Below, one piece after another: positions 29,645 through 40,267 of a stretch of DNA of 56,179 nucleotides; position 1 is the first letter of the stretch, and each line of letters begins with the position of its first letter. The translations under genes and the position numbers were made by a program. The DNA comes from Ramlibacter sp. (GTDB taxonomy: Bacteria > Pseudomonadota > Gammaproteobacteria > Burkholderiales > Burkholderiaceae_C), in NCBI GenBank assembly GCA_022844525.1, contig JALHLO010000002.1, positions 1-56,179 of the forward strand, in the 5' to 3' direction. The notes below the pieces were generated by a model. It saw only the letters and a program-made list of their open reading frames with translations, was not told the origin of the DNA and did not search any database.

Positions 29645-30457
29645 TCAGGTGCCGACGAAGTTCGGCTTGCGCTTGTCATGGAAGGCTTCCACGCCTTCCC
29701 GGAAATCGTCCGAGCTGCGCAGACGCGAGTAGCAGTGGCCCTCCAGCTCGATCGCGACCGACAGCGGAGAGTCCTCCGTGTCGTTCAGCAGCTTCTTGGC
29801 CGTGCGCTGCGCCAGCGGCGAAAAGCCCCTGAGCTCGTCGACCAGCGCATCGGTGGCCGCCTCCAGCTCCTGGTCGGGCACGCATTCGGTGGCCACTCCC
29901 CAGTCGACGGCCTGGCGGCCGGGGATGCGGCGAGAACGCATCACGATGTCCTTGGTGCGCGTGATCCCCACCATCTTCTGCAGCCGGGCGGAGCCGCCGG
30001 AACCGGGGATCTGGCCCAGCTTCTGCTCGGGCAGCGCATACAGCGTGGTCTGCGTGACCAGCCGGAAATCGCAGGCCAGAGACAACTCGAAGCCGACGCC
30101 GAAGCAGTAGCCGCGCGCCGCCGCGACCACCGGCTTGCTGCAGCGCGCCGGAGCCGCCACGTTCCACGCCAGCCTGGAAACATGCTCGGGCGTCGCCTCC
30201 AGGAAGCCCTTGATGTTGCCGCCGCTGGAGAAGTGCTCGCCTTCCGCGCGCAGGACGATCACCCGCACGTCCTCATGGGCGTCGAGCGCCTCGAAAGTGA
30301 TGCGCAGCTGCTCGCGCTGCGGCATGCTGATCACGTTGAAGGGCGGGCGGCACAGCACGATGTCCGCTCGCTGGCGGGCCGGGTCGATCTCGACGCGGTA
30401 CCCGTCGAGGGCCGAGGCCAGGGTGAGCGCGGGATGGCGCAGGTCGTTCAGTTGCAT
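29645..30457 (-). CDS. hmfE: Crotonase-family HmfE-like hydrolase (copy 2)
   Basis: Shares long identical stretches with 14148..14954, e.g. YALPEQKLGQIPGSGGSARLQKMVGITRTKDIVMRSRRIPG. Confidence 0.82.
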   Translation of the reverse strand: MQLNDLRHPALTLASALDGYRVEIDPARQRADIVLCRPPFNVISMPQREQLRITFEALDAHEDVRVIVLRAEGEHFSSGGNIKGFLEATPEHVSRLAWNVAAPARCSKPVVAAARGYCFGVGFELSLACDFRLVTQTTLYALPEQKLGQIPGSGGSARLQKMVGITRTKDIVMRSRRIPGRQAVDWGVATECVPDQELEAATDALVDELRGFSPLAQRTAKKLLNDTEDSPLSVAIELEGHCYSRLRSSDDFREGVEAFHDKRKPNFVGT

Positions 30458-30491
30458 GGGGTCCTTCCGTTGGGGGGGGTGCGCACCGTTC

Positions 30492-30731
30492 TCAGGCCGG
30501 CGGAATGGGGGGGAAGGCGTGCAGCGTCGGGGCTGGCTTCTGCAGGATGGCCCGCACGTGATCGCCCCGCCGCAGCCCCAGCTCGGCCAGGGCGCGCTGC
30601 ACCGCGCCGACGGCGCCTCCCCAGGCGGACCAGGTTTGGCGCAGCGGGCCATCGACCAGCGCCTCCAGGCGCTCGATGCGCTGGGCGACGAAGCTCCTGG
30701 CCGGCCTGGCAAGCTCGGGCTCTGCGTGCAT
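30492..30731 (-). pseudogene. Truncated, decayed N-terminus of a second HmfD-like CoA ligase
   Basis: ALVDGPLRQTWSAW...LAELGLRRGDHVRAILQ..PTLH aligns with HmfD ALVDSGVRLTYAQW...LQRLGLGRGDRLLSLLQ..ATLH; stops after 79 aa; AAGGAG RBS retained. Confidence 0.7.
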
Positions 30732-30777
30732 TGCTGTCTCCTTGAGGGGAGTGTCAGCAGAGGGGGTGGAGCAGCGC

Positions 30778-30832
30778 TAACGCATGCGTCCGGGCTATGA
30801 CCGCCCGGTCGGGTGGCTGACCAAAAAGTCTG
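30778..30832. promoter_or_regulatory. Three 20-bp-phased repeats T(G/A)AC-N6-GTCNG, putative AraC-family sites
   Basis: TAACgcatgcGTCCG, TGACcgcccgGTCGG, TGACcaaaaaGTCTG at 30778, 30798 and 30818, between araC2 and the downstream operon. Confidence 0.55.
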
Positions 30833-30856
30833 GCGATTTGCGCGCGGGACGCGCTG

Positions 30857-31735
30857 TCAGACCAGTTCCGACGCTTCGCCCGCGGGAGGTTCGAACAGAT
30901 TGACCTTGCGGCGGTAGTCCGTGGGCGTGATGCCCAGGTGCGCGCGGAAGAAGCGCGAGAAATGGCCTGGGGCGGAAAAGCCCAGGTGCTCCGAGATCTC
31001 GGCCACCGGCTCCTGGCTGAGCGTGAGCCGCTCGACCGCCGCCTCGAACCGCAGCACGTTGGCGTAGACCAGCGGCGTGACCTGCGTGTCCCGCTGGAAC
31101 AGGTGGAAGAAGTGGGCCCGCGACAGCCCCGTCGCGGCTGCAACACTGTCCACATCGAGCTCGCGGGCCACATCACGCCGCATGAGGGCGATGGCCTGGC
31201 GGACTCTCGAATCCATGGCAACGGGGGGCCTGGTCCGCAGCAGGCTGGCCAGGTCGCGCCAGCCCGTGTAGCTCTCGACCACCGCGATGATGAGGTTGAA
31301 CAACAGGTCTTCCAGCCGTCCGGGGGATACCTCGTCGTCCCACCACAGCTCGAGGACGAATTCCTCCACCAGCTTCCGGGTGGCCGCTGACAGATGCACG
31401 CACTTGTTGGGAAAGAAGCGGGGGTGGGCCGACAAGGCCAGCGAGCGCTGGATCTCGGCCAGCCAGTTGGGCTCGATGTAGAGCGCCAGGATCAGCGTGT
31501 GCTGGCCAGGGGGTGCGTCGTGTTCGTAGGCATGGTGCTCCCAGGCGTTCACCACCACCGCCGATTCGTCGGTCAGGGGGGCGCGCTCCCCGCGTACGCG
31601 AAAGGCGCTGTCCGCCCCTCCCGCCTTGATCAGGATGTGGCAGTGGTGATGCGCGTGGCCGACCAACGGGGCATCCATGTCCAATAGCGCAACGCGGCCG
31701 AAGCGCCCCTGGAAAATCTTGACGGCTGAGGACAT
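30857..31735 (-). CDS. AraC family transcriptional regulator (copy 2)
   Basis: Paralogue of 12691..13539 (QG.FGR.ALLDMD.PLV.HAH..CH...KA.GADSAF); LGFSAPGHFSRFF HTH. Confidence 0.92.
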   Translation of the reverse strand: MSSAVKIFQGRFGRVALLDMDAPLVGHAHHHCHILIKAGGADSAFRVRGERAPLTDESAVVVNAWEHHAYEHDAPPGQHTLILALYIEPNWLAEIQRSLALSAHPRFFPNKCVHLSAATRKLVEEFVLELWWDDEVSPGRLEDLLFNLIIAVVESYTGWRDLASLLRTRPPVAMDSRVRQAIALMRRDVARELDVDSVAAATGLSRAHFFHLFQRDTQVTPLVYANVLRFEAAVERLTLSQEPVAEISEHLGFSAPGHFSRFFRAHLGITPTDYRRKVNLFEPPAGEASELV

Positions 31736-31836
31736 CGTTGTCTCCTGCCGACACCATAGCGGTTCTCGGATGACCTGAACAGCTGGTGCCTGGTCCGCTT
31801 CATGGCAACCACAGGAACACGCCAAGGTGCTTTCGC

Positions 31837-31963
31837 ATTCGCGAGTTCGGTGCGTACATGCCCACTCGTTCCAAACCGGTTCGATGTGGTTGTGATCGAT
31901 GAGTCTTGCCAGGTATCCGTGGCCCAGGCGCCGACGGCGATCTTTCGGGCCAGGAAGGTGAAA
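31837..31963 (+). pseudogene. Fragment of a superfamily-1 (Upf1/DNA2-like) helicase gene
   Basis: IREFGAYM(+1 shift)PLVPNRFDVVVIDESCQVSVAQAPTAIFRARKV resembles the Walker B segment FDxxxIDEASQ. Confidence 0.6.
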
Positions 31964-32085
31964 CAAGCTGCCGGTGGGGTGCCAGGTGCTGCTCCTGGCT
32001 CTCTGGCCCCAAACGCCGCCACAGAGTTAGCAAGCGCTTCTGGGAAAGCGCGCTGCCATCTGTCGATGTCCTGGCAATCGCTTGG

Positions 32086-32132
32086 CGCCTCGCAAGCGGT
32101 AGGTCGTCCGTTCGATCCGGACAACCGGCACC
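32086..32132 (+). repeat. attR-like displaced 3' half of tRNA-Thr
   Basis: CGCCTCGCAAGCGGTAGGTCGTCCGTTCGATCCGGACAACCGGCACC versus tRNA 5391-5437; intact T stem-loop. Confidence 0.88.
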
Positions 32133-32198
32133 CTCCCCAGGACGAGCGGCCCCCTCACGACGACCGGTGTCAACCGCCGGGACAGGCGGGCCCGCGGC

Positions 32199-32519
32199 TT
32201 ACGTCTTGTGGCTTCCCAGCCTCAGGCGGATGGCAGTAACCTCCCAACCGTGACTGCTGAGGTTTTGCTGCAATAAAGGGAGCAGCTGCCTCAGTTTCGC
32301 GGCGGCCGCGGCACTGTCGACCAGGAGGCACCAGGTGCTCCCCTCGATCGGTCCGGGCCGGATGGAAGAACGCAGCGGGACGGGAATGGATGGTTCGATC
32401 GCCCGCAGCCGCTCGCCCGATTCGCGCGCCAGTTGCGCCAGCCGGGCGAGGGTAGGGGACTCCTCGGCGGCCTGGTTCAGGCTGACCGGATGGCGGCGGC
32501 GGGTCGGGGCAGAAGACAA
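32199..32519 (-). CDS. DciA/DUF721-like protein
   Basis: W.LLVDSAAAAAKLRQLLPLL...I.L pattern; divergent from M23-secA as is typical; TTG start assumed. Confidence 0.7.
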   Translation of the reverse strand: MSSAPTRRRHPVSLNQAAEESPTLARLAQLARESGERLRAIEPSIPVPLRSSIRPGPIEGSTWCLLVDSAAAAAKLRQLLPLLQQNLSSHGWEVTAIRLRLGSHKT

Positions 32520-32540
32520 ACGACGTTGGAGGGGGAAGAA

Positions 32541-33503
32541 GTGCATTTCATTATCACGGATGCCTGGCTGGCCAAGAGCCGAGCGGTCCACCTGAGCGGC
32601 ACCAAGCTCGTGCTCGCGCTGGTGACGCTCTCGCTGGTGCTGATGCTGATGGCGGCCGCGCTGTACCACTGGGTGTTCCTCAAGGGCGCGCGCGAGCGCT
32701 GGCCGGTGGTCGGCACGATGGTGCGCTTCGTGGTGCAGGACGAATTCGAGCAGCGCGACCGCTTCATGCGCGAGAACCTGGACGCCATGGCGCGCAGGCT
32801 CGGCGAGATGCAGGCCAAGATGCTGCAGCTGGAAGCGCTGAGCGAGCGCGTCGGCGGCCTGGCCGGCGTCCATCCGAACGAGATCAAGATCGCCGCCGCC
32901 ACCGCCGGCCGCGGCGGCGCCCTGGTGGAAGGGCGTCCCCTGTCGCTGGAGGAACTGCAGGCCACGCTGAACGAACTGGAGCAGCTCACCGGCGAACGCA
33001 CCGACCTGCTGACGGTGATGGAGTCGCGCCTGATCGACCAGCGCCTCAAGAGGATGATGGTGCCCACGCAGAACCCGATCCAGGCCGGCCACGTGGGCTC
33101 GGCGTTCGGCTGGCGCATCGATCCCTTCACCGGCCGCTCCGCGCTGCACACCGGGCTGGACTTCCAGGCCGAACCCGGCACCCCCATCCTCTCCGCCGCC
33201 GGCGGCGTGGTGGTGGCGTCCGAGCTGCACCCGCAGTACGGCAACATGGTCGAAGTCGACCACGGCAACAACCTCATCACCCGCTACGCCCACGCTTCCC
33301 GCCTGCTGGTGAAGAAGGGCGACCTGGTCAAGCGCGGGCACAAGCTGGCCCTGGTGGGCAGCACCGGCCGCTCCACCGGGCCGCACCTGCACTTCGAGGT
33401 GCTGGTGCAGGGCGTGCCGCAGGACCCGCGCCGCTTCCTGGCCGCCAACGGCCACGCGGAGAAGGTGGCGGAACTCGCGCTGACGGCACCCCGTCCCCGC
33501 TGA
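32541..33503 (+). CDS. M23 family metallopeptidase
   Basis: N-terminal TM, coiled coil, [21 protein letters not shown]; GTG start after GGAGG. Confidence 0.92.
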   Translation: MHFIITDAWLAKSRAVHLSGTKLVLALVTLSLVLMLMAAALYHWVFLKGARERWPVVGTMVRFVVQDEFEQRDRFMRENLDAMARRLGEMQAKMLQLEALSERVGGLAGVHPNEIKIAAATAGRGGALVEGRPLSLEELQATLNELEQLTGERTDLLTVMESRLIDQRLKRMMVPTQNPIQAGHVGSAFGWRIDPFTGRSALHTGLDFQAEPGTPILSAAGGVVVASELHPQYGNMVEVDHGNNLITRYAHASRLLVKKGDLVKRGHKLALVGSTGRSTGPHLHFEVLVQGVPQDPRRFLAANGHAEKVAELALTAPRPR

Positions 33504-33519
33504 GCCTAGCCCGCCCGGC

Positions 33520-33545
33520 AAAAGCCCCGCGCCGCGGGGCTTTTT
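33520..33545. terminator. Intrinsic, possibly bidirectional, terminator
   Basis: AAAAGCCCCGC-GCC-GCGGGGCTTTTT. Confidence 0.8.
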
Positions 33546-33711
33546 CATGGATCCCCCAACCCGGGCTGCACAGTTAAAATCCCCGGTTTGGCCGCCCCCA
33601 GGCTTTCGGCCTTGCGAAAGGCGCGTGGCGGCTCCAACTGATCCTGCTGAACAACAAAAGGACTGCGCTGTCCGGGTCTGCCCTTGCGGACCCGAGACGA
33701 CAACCGCGCCC

Positions 33712-36495
<2,784 letters not shown>

Positions 36496-36544
36496 AGACC
36501 AGGCTTAAGCCCGACGCCTATTTCCCCGTAACTTGGTGTAAGTC

Positions 36545-36566
36545 CCCCTGTCAGATCTGACAGGGG
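36545..36566. promoter_or_regulatory. Perfect 22-bp palindrome, lux-box-like, upstream of the CqsA-like synthase
   Basis: CCCCTGTCAGATCTGACAGGGG; CTG-N10-CAG core; centre 71.5 bp upstream of ATG 36627; no T tail. Confidence 0.7.
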
Positions 36567-36626
36567 TCCCTTCACGAAGGGGCAACTGTTTCTCTTCAAT
36601 GGTGTCTCCTGTTTGAGGAGGATTCC

Positions 36627-37889
36627 ATGGAAGTCGTTGCGAAACAGATCACGAATGAAACCGCCCGTGCCCCGCGGCCTGCCGCCGAACCGGAATTGCT
36701 GCCGCGGCTGCGGCTGAGGCTGGAAAGCGACTTTCGCGACCGCTGGGAAAAGGAATGGGGCTGCAAGCTGCCCACGCAGGGCCGCGAGCCGGGGCCTGAT
36801 GCGATCCGCCTGGACGGTAACGACTACCTGTCGGTGACGGGGCACCCCGACATCGTCCAGGCGCAGATCGAGTCGCTGCGCCTGAACCGCGAGTTCGTCG
36901 TGCAGTCGGTGGTCTTCCAGCACGACGGAAGTCCCACGTCGCGGGTGGAGGCGGCGCTCGCCGCCCACGTGGGCAAGCAGCGCGCCATGCTGAGCCAGTC
37001 CGGCTATGCGGCCAACCTCGGGCTGCTGCAGGTGATCGCCGACGCCCAGACCCCCGTGTACCTCGACAGCCTGGCCCACATGTCGCTGTGGGAGGGCGTG
37101 CGCGCCGCCGGCGCGCCGGCGCATGCGTTCCGGCACAACGACCCCGAGCACTTCGCGCGCATGGCCAGCCGCCACGGGCCCGGCCTGGTCGTCGTCGACT
37201 CGGTGTACAGCACGACCGGGGCCGTCTGCCCGCTGGGCGAGATGGTGGCGGCGGCGGAGCAGCACGGCTGCATGATCCTGGTCGACGAATCGCATTCGCT
37301 CGGCACGCATGGCCCGCGGGGCAGCGGGCTGTGCGCGGAGCTCGGCCTGACGCACCGGGTGCACTTCATCACGGCCAGCCTCGCGAAGGCCTTCGCCGGC
37401 CGTGCCGGCATGTTCACCGTGCCCGAGGAGCTGCACGCGTTCATGGTGGCCCACAGCTATCCGGGCATCTTCAGCTCCTGCCTGCTGCCGCACGAGATCG
37501 CCGCCCTGGCGGCCACGCTGGAGGTGATCCGCGGCAGCGACGCCGCCCGCGCGCAACTGCGCCACAACACGGTGCGCCTGCGCACGGCGCTCGCCGCGCT
37601 GGGCTATCCGATCCACCAGGGCAGCGAGCAGATCATCGCGCTGGAGGCCGGCACCGAGGTGGACATGCTGAAGCTGCGCGACGCGCTGGAAAGCCGGGGC
37701 GTGTTCGGCGCCGTGTTCTGCGCGCCGGCGACCAGCCGCAACCGCGCGATGGTGCGCCTGACGCTGAGCGCCGGCCTCACCGAGGCGGAGATGGCCCGCG
37801 TCGAGGACGTGGCGCGGGAGATCGCGCCGCTGGTGCAGCCCTGGGACTGGCCGGTGGCGCGGCGCCAGCGCGCCCGCGCGGACGCCTAG
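36627..37889 (+). CDS. cqsA: Alpha-hydroxyketone autoinducer synthase, CqsA/LqsA-like (PLP, AONS family)
   Basis: NDYL, QSGYAAN, AHMSLWEG, DSVYSTTG, VDESHSLGTHG, SLAKAFAGRAG, GAVFCAPAT; next to CqsS/LqsR-like genes. Confidence 0.88.
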   Translation: MEVVAKQITNETARAPRPAAEPELLPRLRLRLESDFRDRWEKEWGCKLPTQGREPGPDAIRLDGNDYLSVTGHPDIVQAQIESLRLNREFVVQSVVFQHDGSPTSRVEAALAAHVGKQRAMLSQSGYAANLGLLQVIADAQTPVYLDSLAHMSLWEGVRAAGAPAHAFRHNDPEHFARMASRHGPGLVVVDSVYSTTGAVCPLGEMVAAAEQHGCMILVDESHSLGTHGPRGSGLCAELGLTHRVHFITASLAKAFAGRAGMFTVPEELHAFMVAHSYPGIFSSCLLPHEIAALAATLEVIRGSDAARAQLRHNTVRLRTALAALGYPIHQGSEQIIALEAGTEVDMLKLRDALESRGVFGAVFCAPATSRNRAMVRLTLSAGLTEAEMARVEDVAREIAPLVQPWDWPVARRQRARADA

Positions 37890-38863
37890 TCCTGCACGTG
37901 GCGCTTGGGCTGGCGGGCCAGCCAGCGGCTGTAGCTGTTCTCCGGGTCCGGCCCGGTCGGGGTCTCCACCGCGAAGACGGCGCCGAGCAGCCCGCCCGGC
38001 TCGCCGACCGCGAAGGCGTTCACCAGCGAGATCGGCTGCGTGGACGACAGCGCCTGCCGCAGCTCGATGTCGGCCAGCCGGGTGCCGGCGCGGATCTCGT
38101 CCACGCCCTCGGGAGCGACGCCGGCGACCTGGGCGAGTTCGGCCAGGGCATCCAGTCCCTGGCGCGTTTCCAGCTGCAGCCACGCCACCTTGCCGGCCGC
38201 GTCCATGCCGATGACGCCGAAGGGCGCGCCGATCACCACGTGCTCCACCCAGTGCTTCAGGCAGAAGTTGGTGAGCCAGGCATCGACGCCCGGCGACCGC
38301 AGCAGCGCGCTCTGTTCCTGCGTGAGCGTGGAGCGCCAGATCTGCGCATGCCGCGCGTGCGAGGTGAACAGCAGGTGCTCCACCGCCTCGACCAGGCGGC
38401 GCGAGATGTCCTGCGTCTGCTTCGGGATGAACTGGTCGATCAGCCCCCGGTTGAAGGCCCGCACCGCCACCTGCTCGTCGGCCTGGCCCGTGAGCAGCAC
38501 GCGCGACCCCGGCCAGTCGCCCAGCTCCGACAGGACCTGCAGGCCGTCCATGCCGGGCATGGAGAAGTCGACCACGCACACCCGCGACAGCGCATAGCGC
38601 TCGGTGTAGCGGGACCAGTAGGCGAGGATCTGCGGGATCAGCGGCTTGCCCTCGCGCCACAGCGCGATCAGCTGCTGCTGGTTCCAGGCGTCCGCTTCCC
38701 AGAAAGGGGGCTCCTGCAGGAGGTGGGCGATGCAGTCCGTCGGGCGCAGGAACAGGCGCAGGTGCCAGTGGCGCGGCAGCACCAGCGCCAGCATCTCCAG
38801 ATAGTCCGGGTCGTCATCGAGGAAGACGACGGTGCCGGGGCGGTGGAACAGCGGAAAGGTCAT
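37886..38863 (-). CDS. LqsR-like response regulator
   Basis: VVFLDDDPDYL acidic pocket, long insertion, VVDFSMPGMDGL phospho-site, LLTGQADE, FIPK; no recognisable HTH. Confidence 0.82.
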   Translation of the reverse strand: MTFPLFHRPGTVVFLDDDPDYLEMLALVLPRHWHLRLFLRPTDCIAHLLQEPPFWEADAWNQQQLIALWREGKPLIPQILAYWSRYTERYALSRVCVVDFSMPGMDGLQVLSELGDWPGSRVLLTGQADEQVAVRAFNRGLIDQFIPKQTQDISRRLVEAVEHLLFTSHARHAQIWRSTLTQEQSALLRSPGVDAWLTNFCLKHWVEHVVIGAPFGVIGMDAAGKVAWLQLETRQGLDALAELAQVAGVAPEGVDEIRAGTRLADIELRQALSSTQPISLVNAFAVGEPGGLLGAVFAVETPTGPDPENSYSRWLARQPKRHVQD

Positions 38864-38884
38864 GGGGTGATGCGGCGCATTGTG

Positions 38885-40210
38885 CTACGCCACCGGAAGC
38901 TCGATGGTGAATACGGCGCCCTCGTGCGGGGCCGACTTCACCCGGATGGAGCCGCGGGCGGCCTGCACGACGCGCTGGCAGAACGCCAGCCCCAGGCCGT
39001 GGCCGGTGCCGCGGTCGGTGGAGAAGAAGGGCTGGAAGATGCGCTTGCGCAGGTCGGCGTCCATGCCGACGCCGTTGTCGGTGAACACGATGCGCCCGCG
39101 CTGTCCGCTCGCGCCGATCTCCACCAGCAGGTCGCCGGGCATGGGCGACGACGACGCCGCGGCCAGGGAACGCAGCGCGTTCTTGGTGAGGTTGTCGATC
39201 ACCTGCGAGAACATCTGGCGCGAGCCGAGGAACTGGAAGTCCTTGTACACGCGCACGGTCACCGCCTGGCGCTCGCGCGAGTTGCGGTAGGGGAAGTCGC
39301 CGATCGCGCTCTGCACCAGCTCGGCCGCCCAGATGCGCTCGGTCGCGCCGGCCAGCCGCGTCAGCCGCGCGTTGGTGATCTGCATGTCGATCTGGTGGTT
39401 CATGTTGCGCACCAGGTTGTTCAGGCGCTGCCCCAGCTGCTGCAGGCGCTCGCCGCTTTCGCCGCCGTGCTGCGGCGCCTCGTTGCGCACCGCCTCGGCG
39501 ATCAGCTGCATGGTGGCCAGCGGCGTGCGCAGCTCGTGCGCCATGATGCCCATGGTGCCCAGGGTGTAATTGAGCTGCTCGCGCCGCAGGTTGGACGAGG
39601 ACAGGCCCAGGACGATGCTGGTGTACCAGCAGAACCCCAGCACCACCGCGTTGGTGGCGGCCTGCACCGCGTCGATCGGCGGCCGGGCCGGCCCGAAGGC
39701 CTCGTAGGCGAGCCAGCCCGTGAGGACGCCGGTGGCCGCGCCCACCGTCGCCAGCCGCCAGTCCGTCAGGTGGTAGTAGATCAGCAACATCGCGCCCATG
39801 CTGGCCAGCCACACGGGATTGCCCCCGTTGCAGAAATACATGTACGAGAAGAACCAGGGCAGGGTGATCCAGAACACCACCGAGAAGGTGACCGCCGCCA
39901 TGCGCGTGGGCGGCGTGGCGGTCACGCCCGGCACCAGCACGCTCAGGCCCAGAACCGCCATCAGCATCCGCAGCGGCAGGCTTTCGTACGGCTGCGGCAG
40001 CCACACCGCCCAGGCCAGGAAGAACAGGGGGTGTCCGAACAGGGTGGACGCGCCGATGGCGCGGATGCGCCACTGCGACGGATGCAGCACCGGCTCCATC
40101 AGCGGCTGCAGGACGGCCTCCGACGCCCAGTGCCGCACGCGCTGCGTCAAGGTTTCCAGCAGTGCGCGCGGTGGCGTGGAATAGGTGGCCCGGTGCAAGT
40201 CCTCGCTCAT
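38885..40210 (-). CDS. CqsS/LqsS-like membrane sensor histidine kinase
   Basis: About 6 TM helices with P(L)F...W...PQPYE.L.LR and LP.FF.YM..N..W..S motifs; AHELRTPL H-box; N, G1 and G2 boxes. Confidence 0.85.
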   Translation of the reverse strand: MSEDLHRATYSTPPRALLETLTQRVRHWASEAVLQPLMEPVLHPSQWRIRAIGASTLFGHPLFFLAWAVWLPQPYESLPLRMLMAVLGLSVLVPGVTATPPTRMAAVTFSVVFWITLPWFFSYMYFCNGGNPVWLASMGAMLLIYYHLTDWRLATVGAATGVLTGWLAYEAFGPARPPIDAVQAATNAVVLGFCWYTSIVLGLSSSNLRREQLNYTLGTMGIMAHELRTPLATMQLIAEAVRNEAPQHGGESGERLQQLGQRLNNLVRNMNHQIDMQITNARLTRLAGATERIWAAELVQSAIGDFPYRNSRERQAVTVRVYKDFQFLGSRQMFSQVIDNLTKNALRSLAAASSSPMPGDLLVEIGASGQRGRIVFTDNGVGMDADLRKRIFQPFFSTDRGTGHGLGLAFCQRVVQAARGSIRVKSAPHEGAVFTIELPVA

Positions 40211-40267
40211 GGGAGATGGTCGTAAGGTGATATTGTCACAGCCCAGCGGTGATACGAACGGGCAGCC

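Larger units (their letters stand above)
5391..32132. mobile_element. tRNA-Thr-integrated catabolic genomic island, apparently integrase-less (immobilised)
   Basis: Flanked by the tRNA 3' half (5391-5437) and an imperfect direct copy (32086-32132, 37/47 nt identical); catabolic cargo; decayed helicase fragment near the right end; core genes resume after it. Confidence 0.85.

Noticed and set aside
32086-32132. Second functional tRNA gene
   Set aside because: No 5' acceptor strand or D arm upstream, and it ends ACCC rather than ACCA; it is an att remnant
36545-36566. Palindrome as the secA terminator
   Set aside because: No loop spacer and no following T tract, and a related site exists at 40276; a terminator role is less likely but not excluded
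36627-37889. Call as bioF or kbl
   Set aside because: Same fold, but the AHMSLWEG, SLAKAFAGRAG and VFCAPAT motifs and the adjacent CqsS/LqsR-like genes favour an AHK synthase; no bio genes nearby
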